The notes beneath the pieces were generated by a model, which had not been told where the DNA came from, searched no databases, and saw only the letters and a program-made list of their open reading frames with translations. From the NCBI GenBank assembly GCA_965218435.1, contig CBDCKW010000009.1, positions 1,408,001-1,472,000 on the forward strand: a stretch of DNA of 64,000 nt. The letters run 5' to 3'. This document shows positions 10,350 through 20,633 of this stretch, in pieces. The first letter of the stretch is position 1, and every line of letters begins with the position of its first letter. The translations under genes and the position numbers were made by a program. This DNA comes from Truepera sp. Lineage in GTDB: Bacteria > Deinococcota > Deinococci > Deinococcales > Trueperaceae.

Positions 10350-11270
10350 TCACTTCGGACGATTCGTTATGGAAGCTTCAATCCTTAATTGGAGCTTCTT
10401 ACGTAAATCGGCAGCGTCTGTCCAAACTATGTGATTGTACTGCCGGGTATCGAAATGAAGATTTCCTATGTCTTCTTCTTTACAAGTCCAGATAACGGGG
10501 ATGCCAAGCCCCATAGCAAATCCGGCTTCAAAGTAGACGCCACCCCGCTGTCCCGTAAAATCTGCTATTAACAAACCACTTTTGCGGATTTCTGCGATGA
10601 TGAGGTCGTCAATTTTGCCGTTGTGCTCTTTCATATCTACACGAAAGGGCTTATAGGCTGTGGCCTCAAGCGCCGGTAGAAAACCCTCCGAAAAAGCCGT
10701 GTTCATATCTTCGCTGAACCACATAGCGACAAAAGCCTGATGAGAATCACTTTGTTGAAGGCGAAGGTTTGAAACACGTTCCCATCCTCCGAGTGACAAG
10801 CGAAAGTCTGCGAAACTCCAAGTTTCTGGGACTTTGGCTTCTAAATAATTGAGTTCTTTGGCCTTTTCTACAAGAAACTTAAAATCGTCAGAGTTTCGTG
10901 CATATCCGATAGGATAATCGGTCTCAACATCTAAATGTACCCAACTTGTGAAAGTCTCTGCTTTTCGATAGGTATGTAGAAGGATACGATCTATGGACGC
11001 TAAAGGGTCGTCCCTAAAAGGAATCTGTGCTTGAAGTTCACTGAGACTGTGAAGTATTGGTATTACACCTGTCTCGGATTTTTCTCTGATTACTCCGGAT
11101 AGAAGATAACTTGGTTCAATATTTGGGCTTTGAAACGGGCTTGCTGGCTCAATCTCCATTAGAAAGCGTTCCGTGGGACGATACGTACCACATATCTTGC
11201 ACTTGATGTCATCTTGCGAAGGTTGAAATTCTAGTACCGAGTTTCTACAAACTGGACATTCGTAAGACAT
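10350..11270 (-). CDS. Zn-ribbon plus nucleoside-2-deoxyribosyltransferase-like (NDT) domain protein
   Basis: N-terminal CPVC...CKIC; C-terminal AFVAMWF..IADFTGQRGGVYFEAGFAMGLGIPVI..HFDTRQYNHI. Visibly AT-richer than flanking genes. Confidence 0.75.
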   Translation of the reverse strand: MSYECPVCRNSVLEFQPSQDDIKCKICGTYRPTERFLMEIEPASPFQSPNIEPSYLLSGVIREKSETGVIPILHSLSELQAQIPFRDDPLASIDRILLHTYRKAETFTSWVHLDVETDYPIGYARNSDDFKFLVEKAKELNYLEAKVPETWSFADFRLSLGGWERVSNLRLQQSDSHQAFVAMWFSEDMNTAFSEGFLPALEATAYKPFRVDMKEHNGKIDDLIIAEIRKSGLLIADFTGQRGGVYFEAGFAMGLGIPVIWTCKEEDIGNLHFDTRQYNHIVWTDAADLRKKLQLRIEASITNRPK

Positions 11271-11354
11271 AACAGAACTATATTCCGCACTTCTTTAATT
11301 CGGAGCAAAGTAAACTAATGTCGCATGTTACATACATGTGCTAATGTCATAAAC

Positions 11355-11585
11355 ATGTCTAAGATGATTCAAATTCGCAACGTACCGGACGACCTGCACC
11401 GTAAACTTAAAGTGCGAGCCGCCGAACTTGGGATGACGCTTTCAGACTATCTGCTCTCCGAGGCGCGGCAAGCAGCGGAAAAACCGACTCTACAGGAGAT
11501 GTTGGCGCGGCTTGCGGAAGAGGAGCCCATCGCCCTAGATGAAGACCCAGCCGTGACGATTCGCCGTCACCGAGACAGTGACTAG
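11355..11585 (+). CDS. Ribbon-helix-helix antitoxin (FitA/VapB-like)
   Basis: IQIRNVPDDLHRKLKVRAA; overlaps the PIN gene; CATGT-N5-ACATG inverted repeat upstream (11324-11338). Confidence 0.85.
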   Translation: MSKMIQIRNVPDDLHRKLKVRAAELGMTLSDYLLSEARQAAEKPTLQEMLARLAEEEPIALDEDPAVTIRRHRDSD

Positions 11586-11988
11586 CGTGGTTGTTATTGA
11601 CGCGTCAGCAGTCGCCGCTTTACTTCTCAATCAGCCGAATGCGGCGCAGCTTCGTGAACGTTTGGCGCACGAGAATACTTTGCACGCGCCGCACCTGCTC
11701 GACCTCGAGGTTACGCAAGTTTTACGGCGTGCACTCAGGCAGGGTCTACTAAATGAGACGCGTGCAGCGTTACGGTTAGTTGCGCTCAAAGAGTTGCCGC
11801 TGACGCGTTACCCTCACGAACCGTTTCTGGACCGAATCTGGGAGCTGCGCGGGGCGGTTACCGCTTATGACGCAGCCTATGTCGCCCTCGCCGAAGCTCT
11901 CGCTGCGCCGCTTGTCACTACCGACAGACCTTTAAGCCGTGTACCGGGACTTCGCGCTGTGGTCGAGTTTTACGGCAACCCTGAGTAA
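11578..11988 (+). CDS. vapC: PIN-domain toxin
   Basis: VIDASA, HAPHLLDLEV, YDAAYVALAE, LVTTD. Confidence 0.92.
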   Translation: MTSVVVIDASAVAALLLNQPNAAQLRERLAHENTLHAPHLLDLEVTQVLRRALRQGLLNETRAALRLVALKELPLTRYPHEPFLDRIWELRGAVTAYDAAYVALAEALAAPLVTTDRPLSRVPGLRAVVEFYGNPE

Positions 11989-12037
11989 ACCAGCCTAAAC
12001 GGTGACTCTGACCGGTAGAAGCCTGTTATACTGCCTT

Positions 12038-12085
12038 ATGTCTAAGCTGTCTTCTCAGCTCGAGCCTCAGCGATGGCGTCTCTGA
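12038..12085 (+). CDS. Candidate trp leader peptide MSKLSSQLEPQRWRL
   Basis: 15-codon ORF with one Trp codon near its end; TATACT 5 nt upstream; ends 56 nt before trpE. Confidence 0.5.
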   Translation: MSKLSSQLEPQRWRL

Positions 12086-12141
12086 CCCAAGCTTTATATA
12101 TTGGCGTCACCCTGCTGTTTTCTCGAGCCTGAAAAGGAGAC

Positions 12142-13578
12142 TTGCTTATTACCCCGCTCAAGTTGCCCCGGATTAAACCTGTTTACAAAGAAGTTCTAGC
12201 CGACCTAGAAACCCCGCTGACTGCGTACCTTAAAGTTGCCGGACACCCGAGTTTTCTTTTAGAGAGCGTCGAGCAGGGTGAACGCGTCGCCCGTTATTCG
12301 TTTATCGGCACCGGCGAGCGCCGCCGGATTGAAGCGCGGGGGGACGCGGTGCAGGTCAGCACGCCTGAAGGTGCGGAGAGTTTCGAGAGTGCCGACCCTT
12401 TACGCGTCTTATGGGACCTGACCGTCCGTGACGCCGAACATGATCCCAATTTGCCCGACTTCTGGGCGGGCAGCGTCGGTTACGCGGCCTACGACCTGAT
12501 TCGGCAATACGAAAAGCTGCCGGATACTAATCCTGACGAGTTAGGTATTCCAGACCTACTCTTCATCGAACCCGAAGCCCTGATTATCTTTGACCACCTC
12601 AAGCGGCGTATCTTTTTAGTTGCGCCCGCCGAAGTTGATAATGGCGCGGATGAAGCTAGGGCACACACCCTCATTGAAGGACTTTACGGCAAACTGCGCG
12701 GGCCACTGCCGGGGGTTCCCGGCGACCGGGCGGGCAGGCGCGTGACATTCACGCCGAACGTGACGAAAAAGCAATATATGGACGCCGTGACCAAAGCCGT
12801 TGACTACATTCACGCCGGAGACATCTTTCAAGTCGTGCCGAGCCAGCGTCTGAGCGCCGAGTTGGGCGTCCATCCGTTCGCGCTCTACCGGGCGCTCCGC
12901 GTCGTCAATCCTAGTCCGTACTTAGGCTACTTAGACCTCGGCCCGGTAACTTTAGTGGCGAGCAGCCCTGAAAGCTTGGTGCGGAGTGACGGCTTACGGG
13001 TTGAAACGCTGCCGATTGCCGGAACCCGCAAACGTGGAAAAGATGCCGCCGAAGACGACGCTCTTAAAACCGAACTCTTAGCCGACGCAAAAGAGTGCGC
13101 TGAACACATCATGCTCGTGGATTTGGGCCGTAACGACCTCGGGCGCGTGTGCGAGTTCGGCAGTGTCAAGGTTACCGACCTGATGCGCGTTGAACGTTAC
13201 AGCCACGTCATGCACATCGTCTCGAGCGTTGAGGGGACACTCTCCCAAGACAAAACGCCGCTTGACGCACTCGCCTCAACGTTGCCGATGGGTACCGCTT
13301 CGGGCGCACCCAAAATCCGGGCGATGGAGATTATTGATGAGCTCGAGACCGTCCGCCGTGGTCCCTACGCGGGCGCGTTCGGTTACGTGTCGGTTTCCGG
13401 TGCGATGGACATGGCGCTGACGCTCCGCACGGCGGTGATTACGGGTGGCAAGATTCACCTGCAAGCCGGGGGCGGTGTGGTGGCCGATTCCGACCCGGAG
13501 TATGAATATCAGGAGAGTATGAACAAGTTGGCGGCGCTCGTGCGGGCGGTAGAGTTAGCAACCGAAGGTTTAGCGTAA
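12142..13578 (+). CDS. trpE: Anthranilate synthase component I
   Basis: LETP, FLLESVE, NPSPY, PIAGTR, EHIMLVDLGRND, SGAPKIRAM. Confidence 0.96.
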   Translation: MLITPLKLPRIKPVYKEVLADLETPLTAYLKVAGHPSFLLESVEQGERVARYSFIGTGERRRIEARGDAVQVSTPEGAESFESADPLRVLWDLTVRDAEHDPNLPDFWAGSVGYAAYDLIRQYEKLPDTNPDELGIPDLLFIEPEALIIFDHLKRRIFLVAPAEVDNGADEARAHTLIEGLYGKLRGPLPGVPGDRAGRRVTFTPNVTKKQYMDAVTKAVDYIHAGDIFQVVPSQRLSAELGVHPFALYRALRVVNPSPYLGYLDLGPVTLVASSPESLVRSDGLRVETLPIAGTRKRGKDAAEDDALKTELLADAKECAEHIMLVDLGRNDLGRVCEFGSVKVTDLMRVERYSHVMHIVSSVEGTLSQDKTPLDALASTLPMGTASGAPKIRAMEIIDELETVRRGPYAGAFGYVSVSGAMDMALTLRTAVITGGKIHLQAGGGVVADSDPEYEYQESMNKLAALVRAVELATEGLA

Positions 13579-14051
13579 TGGCCGCTACCATCCGCGCCGT
13601 AAAACTAGAAGATGCCCCGGCCCTCGCCGACTTGGTACGAGACCTCGGCGAGTTCTCGAGCGTCACCCAAGAGGTTCCCGCTGTGACGTTTAGGCGGGTA
13701 GAGCAGCACTTGGGGATTATTACCACGAGTGAGCGGCACACCTTACTCGTCGCTGAAGAGAACGGCGAGCTTATCGGCTACTGCAGTGCACACTGGATTC
13801 CGATGATGTCGCAGCTCAGTGGGTTTGTCAGCGAACTTTTTGTCAGACCTTCACGCCGCGGTGAAGGGATAGGGACAAGGCTGCTCGGGCACATTGAAAC
13901 CGAAGCCAGAGCGCGGGGGTGCGGGCGGTTACATCTCGAGAACTTCCGCACCAAAGCGTCGTATAAGCGCGGTTACTATGCTAAGCACGGTTTTAGCGAG
14001 CGGCCCGCCGCGGCCAGTTTTATTCTCGATTTACGGGAGACGACGCCGTGA
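13578..14051 (+). CDS. GNAT-family acetyltransferase
   Basis: [17 protein letters not shown] motif A; YYAKHGF. Confidence 0.88.
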   Translation: MAATIRAVKLEDAPALADLVRDLGEFSSVTQEVPAVTFRRVEQHLGIITTSERHTLLVAEENGELIGYCSAHWIPMMSQLSGFVSELFVRPSRRGEGIGTRLLGHIETEARARGCGRLHLENFRTKASYKRGYYAKHGFSERPAAASFILDLRETTP

Positions 14052-14635
14052 GTAGAACAGCGAAACGCATCCTCATCATAGACAACTACGACTCGTTTAC
14101 CTATAACTTGGTGCAATATTTGGGCGAACTCGGCGTGGAAATAACCGTCTGGCGTAACGACCAATTTGACCTCGCCGACATTGACGACTTAAACCCTGAC
14201 GGTATCGTCGTGTCACCGGGGCCTTGTACCCCTACGGAAGCGGGCCATTCGGTCGAGGTCATCCGGCAGTACGGCGCAAACACACCCGTTCTGGGCGTAT
14301 GCCTAGGCCATCAGAGTATCGGCGCAGCGTTTGGCGCGAAGGTCGAGCGTGCGCCGCTGATTATGCACGGCAAAACGAGCGAAGTAGCAAACGACGGTAG
14401 CGGGGTTTTTATCGGTCTGCCAGAAACGGTGACGGTGACGCGTTATCACTCGCTGATTGTCCGCGATTTGCCGGAGGTTTTAGAAACGAACGCCTGGGTA
14501 GACGAAGCGGGCGAGCGTGTCGTGATGGGCCTCAAGCATAGAGACTATCCGATCTGGGGCGTGCAGTTTCACCCGGAGAGCGTGCTGACCGAAACCGGTA
14601 AGGCGATGCTGAAAAACTTTTTGGACCTCTGCTGA
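14048..14635 (+). CDS. trpG: Anthranilate synthase component II (glutamine amidotransferase)
   Basis: [28 protein letters not shown]. Confidence 0.95.
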   Translation: MSRTAKRILIIDNYDSFTYNLVQYLGELGVEITVWRNDQFDLADIDDLNPDGIVVSPGPCTPTEAGHSVEVIRQYGANTPVLGVCLGHQSIGAAFGAKVERAPLIMHGKTSEVANDGSGVFIGLPETVTVTRYHSLIVRDLPEVLETNAWVDEAGERVVMGLKHRDYPIWGVQFHPESVLTETGKAMLKNFLDLC

Positions 14636-15135
14636 TGCACGCCGTAAAAACGTCAACATGTGACCTCTTGGCTCAAACGCATGTTGTAACGCGCGGAGCA
14701 TTTGCCGTTGACCGCTTTGAGGAGGGCGACGGCTGGCTTTATATGGCGCGGCCTTCTGTCGGTCATCCGCACATTGCCTATATGGAAGCGTATTTGTTGC
14801 CCGCTTTGGGGATTCAGGTCAACCGCTGGCAGCATCATCCAGGCAGTGAGTACGCCTGGTATGACTTTTATGTCGATGTGATGACGTTTGAGACAGGGGA
14901 AACGTATTGGACGAGCCGTGACCTTTACCTCGACGTGGTGGTCGTTGAAGGGCAAGCTGCATACATCGATGATACTGATGAATATCTAGCCGCTATAGAG
15001 GAGGGTCATCTGGACACTGAAGAAGCGGCTTACGCTCTAACGACGGCGCATACTTTGCTAAACGGTCTAGCAAAGTTTGACTACAGTTTGCACGCATGGC
15101 TCAAAAATGTAGCGGGACTCGAGGCAACCTTCTAA
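14635..15135 (+). CDS. DUF402-family protein
   Basis: YDFYVDV...DLYLDVVV...DDTDEY acidic motif. Confidence 0.75.
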   Translation: MHAVKTSTCDLLAQTHVVTRGAFAVDRFEEGDGWLYMARPSVGHPHIAYMEAYLLPALGIQVNRWQHHPGSEYAWYDFYVDVMTFETGETYWTSRDLYLDVVVVEGQAAYIDDTDEYLAAIEEGHLDTEEAAYALTTAHTLLNGLAKFDYSLHAWLKNVAGLEATF

Positions 15136-15668
15136 TGCATCCGGTTACCGAAGCTGTTTACAACTTTGAGAAGCGTCAACGTCTACGTCATAAAGTTGAA
15201 GGAGTTGAAATCAGTCGGCTCGTGTATTACAACGTAGGCTCAAATGAGCTTGTGTATGTCGCTGAATACGATGACCATCCAGAGTCTTTAGCGATGCGTG
15301 CTCAGGTACTGCCAGATTTAGGGCTTCAGATCGTACGGTTTGACTACCGTAAACCTAAACGTCCACACGCCAACTTTGATTACTACGTGGATATGGTGCG
15401 CGTTGTGGAACAGGGTGAACGCTGGGTTGTCCGTGACCTTTACTTAGATGTCTTGGTTTACGAGGGCAAAAGAGCCGAAATCATTGATACCGACGAATAT
15501 CTGGCTGCTATCGAGGAAGGTCATCTAAACGCTAAAGAAGCGGCTTACGCCCTCGAGACCGCTCACCAACTCCTCAACGGTTTAGCAAAGCACGAGTACA
15601 GTTTAGAAGCGTATTTACAAGCTGAGGGGGTGACTTTAGCGTGGCCCAAGTTAAAATCTACGCTTTAG
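15135..15668 (+). CDS. DUF402-family protein (paralog of the upstream gene)
   Basis: DYYVDMV...DLYLDVLV...IDTDEY; TAATG overlap gives start 15135. Confidence 0.75.
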   Translation: MHPVTEAVYNFEKRQRLRHKVEGVEISRLVYYNVGSNELVYVAEYDDHPESLAMRAQVLPDLGLQIVRFDYRKPKRPHANFDYYVDMVRVVEQGERWVVRDLYLDVLVYEGKRAEIIDTDEYLAAIEEGHLNAKEAAYALETAHQLLNGLAKHEYSLEAYLQAEGVTLAWPKLKSTL

Positions 15669-16030
15669 CTTCGACGCTTTCCGGGCAAAGAGAAAAGCTC
15701 TCGGACACCGTCCACAGCTGCTTGGTAGACGCGTTTGCACTCCCTGAAGATAAACGCTTTTACAGGTTTTTCCCCTTGGCCAACAAAGACTTTATCTTTC
15801 CGGCAGGGCGTTCGGAACGCTATACGATTTTAGAAATCTCTATGTTTGAAGGGCGCTCAGATGAGGCGAAAAAGCGGCTGATTCGGCTGCTGTTCGAGCG
15901 TTTTACGGCTAAGTTGGGGTATGACGTAAGTGATCTCGAGCTGACTCTCACTGAAACGCCGCGCACAAACTGGGGGATTCGCGGTTTGCCGGGGGATGAG
16001 CTGGAGCTCTCCTACAAGGTTGAGGTCTAA
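15641..16030 (+). CDS. Tautomerase-family protein
   Basis: AQVKIY, EISMFEGRS..KKRL, NWGIRG. Confidence 0.85.
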   Translation: MAQVKIYALASTLSGQREKLSDTVHSCLVDAFALPEDKRFYRFFPLANKDFIFPAGRSERYTILEISMFEGRSDEAKKRLIRLLFERFTAKLGYDVSDLELTLTETPRTNWGIRGLPGDELELSYKVEV

Positions 16031-16031
16031 A

Positions 16032-16847
16032 ATGAGCGTTCAGCTGAGCGTCATTACGGTGACGCACAACCGTGCCCCGCTTTTACGGCAAAAACTAACG
16101 GCCCTGGCGCAGCAAACGTTGCCGCCTGAGCAGTTTGAACTCGTCGTGCTGGAGAACAGCTGTACGGACGAGACAGCAGCGTTATTGGAGAAAACCCAAA
16201 CACCTTATCGTCTACGCGTAGAGAAATCTCAAGTGTTGTTGAGCCCGGCTGAGGCCCGGAACCGCTGCGTAGCGGCAGCGGCGGGCCGGGTGCTCTACTT
16301 CTCGGATGACGACTGTTTGCCCGCGCCGGAAACGTTGCAAAAACATCTGCAGGCACAAAAACATCCGTGTGTGGCAGTGGGGGGGCTCGAGTTTATCTCT
16401 AAAAGCAAAACAGAAGTTTGGCAGCCCAAGCGGGTAGGTTTTTGGAACCTCAACGGGGCCAACACGAGCGTCCCGGCGGCGGCGTTTCACCGTGTCGGCG
16501 GCTTTGATACGTCACTGTCGGGGTACGGTGGGGAAGACATTGCACTCGGGTACGCCCTAAAAAGGCTGCCTTTTGTAGCCTTACCGGACGCAACCGCGCA
16601 GCACCTTGGTCCTAATCCGGCGCGTTCCGGCGACCTCAGCAAAGCGTATAGTGCGGGCCGAAACGCACAGCAGCTGGCAAAACGTTATCCGGCACTTGCC
16701 TACCGGCTGGGCGTTCACCGGGCGCTGCTGGCGCTTAAACGCTTTGCCTTGTTGGGGCCGCCGCGTTTTTTGTGGCGGCGGCTGGACGCTCGGTACGCTT
16801 ACGAACGCGCCTATCTGCTCGGCGCTCTGGAGGAGAAACGTGTCTAA
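16032..16847 (+). CDS. Glycosyltransferase family 2
   Basis: SVITVTHNR, ARN, FSDDD, GGFD...GGED. Confidence 0.88.
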   Translation: MSVQLSVITVTHNRAPLLRQKLTALAQQTLPPEQFELVVLENSCTDETAALLEKTQTPYRLRVEKSQVLLSPAEARNRCVAAAAGRVLYFSDDDCLPAPETLQKHLQAQKHPCVAVGGLEFISKSKTEVWQPKRVGFWNLNGANTSVPAAAFHRVGGFDTSLSGYGGEDIALGYALKRLPFVALPDATAQHLGPNPARSGDLSKAYSAGRNAQQLAKRYPALAYRLGVHRALLALKRFALLGPPRFLWRRLDARYAYERAYLLGALEEKRV

Positions 16848-17883
16848 AGCACAAACCGATTTCGATATTACGACGCTTTTGGGTGACGTCTTTGATGGTC
16901 AAACGCTCTCGCAGGCGCGGGCCGAGTGGGTCATGGGTCACCTGATGGACGGGCAGCTCAGTCAGATGCAGGCGGCGGCCCTGTTAGCGGCGCTGCGCAC
17001 GCGGAGCGAAACGGTAGACGAGATTGTCGGGTTCGCGCGGGCGATGCGGGAGCGGGCCGTTCACGTTCCGGTTAAGGTGTCGGGGCCGCTGCTCGATACC
17101 TGCGGCACGGGCGGCACGGGGTTAAGTACCTTTAATATCAGCACGGCGAGCATGTTTGTCTTAGCTGCCGGAAATGTCAAAGTAGCCAAACACGGCAACC
17201 GTGCGGCGACGCGTAAGTCGGGGGCAGCGGATGTGCTCGAGGCGTTGGGAGCACGCCTTGACGGAACCCCCGAACAGCTCGCCGCGTGTATCGAAGAGGT
17301 GGGTTTGGCGTTTATCTTTGCCAAAACGCACCACCCCGCAATGAAATTTGTCGCGCCGATTCGCGCCGACTTGCGGGCGCGTACCATTTTTAACAGCCTT
17401 GGCCCGCTGACGAATCCGGCGGGGGCGAATCGGCAGCTCTTGGGGGTGTACGACCCCAAGTTGACCGAACCGCTCGCACGAGTTTTGGCGGGTCTCGGCG
17501 TCGAGCGGGCGCTCGTTGTTCATGGGGACGGCTTAGACGAGTTGAGCGTCTGCGGCGAAACGCGCGTCACCGAACTTGACGAGGACGGGACGCTGCGTAC
17601 CTACACGGTGCATCCCAAAAGCTTGGGGCTGGGGTTGTACGACCGGCTCGAGCTCTCCGGCGGCACCCCTGAAGAGAACGCCGTCACCATTCGTGCTTTA
17701 TTAAACAACGAGTTGCACGGAGCCAAACGCGATGTGGTTTTGCTCAACGCGGGGGCGGCACTTTATTTGGGTGACCAAGCACCGGATTTAGAAGCGGGCG
17801 CTGAACTGGCTGACGAGTTACTAGACACTGGGGCCGCAGCGGAAAAGTTAGAGGCGTACCTCGAGTTTACGCAGCGGGCGTAA
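16840..17883 (+). CDS. trpD: Anthranilate phosphoribosyltransferase
   Basis: DTCGTGG, FNIST, KHGNR, GDGLDE; GTG 16840 after GGAGGAG. Confidence 0.96.
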   Translation: MSKAQTDFDITTLLGDVFDGQTLSQARAEWVMGHLMDGQLSQMQAAALLAALRTRSETVDEIVGFARAMRERAVHVPVKVSGPLLDTCGTGGTGLSTFNISTASMFVLAAGNVKVAKHGNRAATRKSGAADVLEALGARLDGTPEQLAACIEEVGLAFIFAKTHHPAMKFVAPIRADLRARTIFNSLGPLTNPAGANRQLLGVYDPKLTEPLARVLAGLGVERALVVHGDGLDELSVCGETRVTELDEDGTLRTYTVHPKSLGLGLYDRLELSGGTPEENAVTIRALLNNELHGAKRDVVLLNAGAALYLGDQAPDLEAGAELADELLDTGAAAEKLEAYLEFTQRA

Positions 17884-17959
17884 AGTATTTCAAATGTATA
17901 GCAAGGAGCAGTCCAACGCCTTGCCCTTACACAGAAGATGAAACCTCAGGAAGAACGAC

Positions 17960-18448
17960 GTGAGCGTTAGCCAACTGGTTAGAGAAACTTGGCGCGTCAA
18001 TGACGGGATGAACAAGGTGCTGCTCGAACACCTTACCCCTGACATGCTTAGCGTTCAAACACCCGACAAGAACGGGTCGGTTGCAGGCTACCTAGCACAT
18101 TTGGCGGGGAGCAAAAAGTGGTGGGCGTCGCATCTTAGTAAGGAAGACGCGGCTGGTTTGCCGGACCTCTATCAGGAAACAGAAGGAACCTTCATTGTTG
18201 AAGAAGACATAGAGAAAATCAAAGCGGTGTTCGCGGAGACCAGTCGAACCCTCCTCGAGACTGCCGAACGCGCCGATAACAAAGGGGGGTTACCTTACGC
18301 CTCTATTGATCTCTACCTCGTCCATATGCTGATCCATGACGCACATCACCGGGGACAAATTTTACTGGCACTCAGAGCGGCAGGTCACGCGCCCCCTGAT
18401 GAAGACACATTTTGGGGAGGGTGGTGGCCTGAGCAAAGTTCGTCATAA
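17960..18448 (+). CDS. DinB-family protein
   Basis: LAHLAG and HDAHHRGQ histidine triad. Confidence 0.85.
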   Translation: MSVSQLVRETWRVNDGMNKVLLEHLTPDMLSVQTPDKNGSVAGYLAHLAGSKKWWASHLSKEDAAGLPDLYQETEGTFIVEEDIEKIKAVFAETSRTLLETAERADNKGGLPYASIDLYLVHMLIHDAHHRGQILLALRAAGHAPPDEDTFWGGWWPEQSSS

Positions 18449-18600
18449 CACTTAAGTCGAACATAGCAGGGTTTATAAAGTAGCAATTCGTTAGAGGACC
18501 AACGAGTCACGTCGCCTCAATAAGCAAATGAACCATGACCTACTCGGGCCAGTGCTTCCAAATACATTTGAACCAAAGTGAACCGCGAGAACGAACTGTT

Positions 18601-18630
18601 AACGCCGCCAGTCTCCCGGCGGCGTTTTTT
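18601..18630 (+). terminator. Intrinsic terminator between dinB and ftsH
   Basis: AACGCCGCC/GGCGGCGTT stem followed by a T run. Confidence 0.75.
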
Positions 18631-18644
18631 GTACAGCAGATAAG

Positions 18645-20543
18645 TCAGCTCGGTTTTGGCATCATCCCCGGCGGCAACATCGGCCCTTTCGACGGTTTGT
18701 CGGGTTGGCTGGGGGTTGGCGGCGCTACGTCGAGCGGCGCTTCGTAAGGGACTTCGGGGAGCGTTTCACCCCGCATGACGGCCGCGAACTCTTCAGCGTG
18801 GAGCGTTTCGCGCTCTAACAGGACGCGGACGATGGTCTCGAGCCCTTCCCGGTTTTCTTTTAAGAGATTCAAAATGCGGGTGTACTGAACGTCAATAATC
18901 TCTTTGATCTCATTGTCCACCATCCGGGCGGTCTCTTCACTGTATGAGCGCATCCCCTCCATCTCACCTAAGTAAGACTCGGAACCGCTCGAGAGGGCCA
19001 CGCGCCCAAGTGCGTCACTCATGCCCCAGTTGGTGACCATCCGTTTGGCAATGTTCGTCGCTTGCTGAAAGTCGCTCTGTGCCCCGGTGGTGATGTCGTC
19101 GAAGATGATCTCTTCGGCGGCGCGTCCGGCTAGCGCGACGCCGACGGTATCTAGGAGCATGTCGCGCGACATATACATCCGGTCCTCTTCGGCGACGCGC
19201 ATCACGTAACCGCCTGCACGTCCACGCGGGACGATCGTAATTTTGTGAACGGGATCGGCGTGCGGCAGCAAAAATGCAGCGAGCGCGTGGCCCCCTTCGT
19301 GGTAGGCGGTGATCTTTTTCTCTTTCGGGCTGATGATCCGGCTCCGGCGCTCGGGTCCCATCACCACGCGGTCGGCGGCCTCATCGAGGTCTTTGGGCAA
19401 AATCTCTTTACGGTTTGCGCGGGCCGCCACGAGCGCCGCTTCGTTGAGGAGGTTCTCGAGGTCAGCTCCGACAAAGCCCGGTGTGCGTTTGGCCACGGTT
19501 TTAAGTTCAACACTTTTCGCGAGCGGTTTACCGCGCGAATGAATCTGCAAAATGGCTTCGCGGCCCCGCATATCGGGCGCGTCTACCACAACCTGCCGGT
19601 CAAAACGGCCGGGGCGCAAAAGGGCCGGGTCGAGCACGTCGGGGCGGTTCGTCGCGGCGATGATGATGATGTCATGCTTCGACTCGAAACCGTCCATCTC
19701 GACTAACAGCGCATTTAAGGTCTGCTCGCGTTCGTCGTTGCCGCCGTTGATATTCATCCCCCGGCGACGCCCCACTGCGTCAATCTCATCAATAAAGACG
19801 ATACACGGCGCACTCTTTTTGGCGTTTTCAAACAGGTCGCGGACACGGGCTGCGCCGACGCCGACAAACATCTCGACAAAATCCGACCCCGAGATGCTAA
19901 AAAATGGCACTTTGGCCTCACCCGCGACGGCTTTAGCGAGGTGTGTTTTACCCGATCCGGGCGGACCGACCATCAACACGCCGTGCGGAATTCGCGCTCC
20001 GAGCGCGTGAAATTTGCTGGGATTTTTAAGAAACTCGACGACTTCAAAAAGGTCGTTTTTAGCCTCTTCGACCCCCGCAACGTCTCGAAAGAGCGTCTGC
20101 GAGTTTTCTTCGGTGATGACGCGGGCTCGAGACTTGCCAAACTGCATCGCGCCGTCGCCGCCCGAACGCATCCCGCGCATCAAGTACCACAAAAAGGCGA
20201 CCATCAAGAGAATCGGCAACAGAGCAATTAACAGTCCACCCCAGTTCTGGCTGCGCGGGGCGACCTCGAGGTTGGGGACTTGTTTCTCGAGCGCGTTAAG
20301 TTCGTCGGTCGTTAAGGGCGCGTTGACGCGGGTGGTATAGGTTTCGCCACTTTTAGCTTTCACGTCTAGCGCGAGGTCTTTAACGGTGATGGCGTCAATC
20401 TGGGCACCGGCGAGCTGCCGGGAGAAGTAGGTGTAACTCTGCGTATCGGCACGGTTACGGGCGTTATTTTGCGAAGCGACGAAGACGACAAACCCTAAAA
20501 CTGCAGCTCCGATCAGAAGACTGCGTATCGGAAATTTCCCCAT
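18645..20543 (-). CDS. ftsH: ATP-dependent zinc metalloprotease
   Basis: Two TM helices, [29 protein letters not shown]. Confidence 0.97.
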   Translation of the reverse strand: MGKFPIRSLLIGAAVLGFVVFVASQNNARNRADTQSYTYFSRQLAGAQIDAITVKDLALDVKAKSGETYTTRVNAPLTTDELNALEKQVPNLEVAPRSQNWGGLLIALLPILLMVAFLWYLMRGMRSGGDGAMQFGKSRARVITEENSQTLFRDVAGVEEAKNDLFEVVEFLKNPSKFHALGARIPHGVLMVGPPGSGKTHLAKAVAGEAKVPFFSISGSDFVEMFVGVGAARVRDLFENAKKSAPCIVFIDEIDAVGRRRGMNINGGNDEREQTLNALLVEMDGFESKHDIIIIAATNRPDVLDPALLRPGRFDRQVVVDAPDMRGREAILQIHSRGKPLAKSVELKTVAKRTPGFVGADLENLLNEAALVAARANRKEILPKDLDEAADRVVMGPERRSRIISPKEKKITAYHEGGHALAAFLLPHADPVHKITIVPRGRAGGYVMRVAEEDRMYMSRDMLLDTVGVALAGRAAEEIIFDDITTGAQSDFQQATNIAKRMVTNWGMSDALGRVALSSGSESYLGEMEGMRSYSEETARMVDNEIKEIIDVQYTRILNLLKENREGLETIVRVLLERETLHAEEFAAVMRGETLPEVPYEAPLDVAPPTPSQPDKPSKGPMLPPGMMPKPS

Positions 20544-20633
20544 AGGTTAGTCTACTCTGTCCAGCGCACAAATGTATGGGGGAAAAGTAGCAATATACAA
20601 GGACTTTGCTACCTATGACTCATTGCTGCTTTG

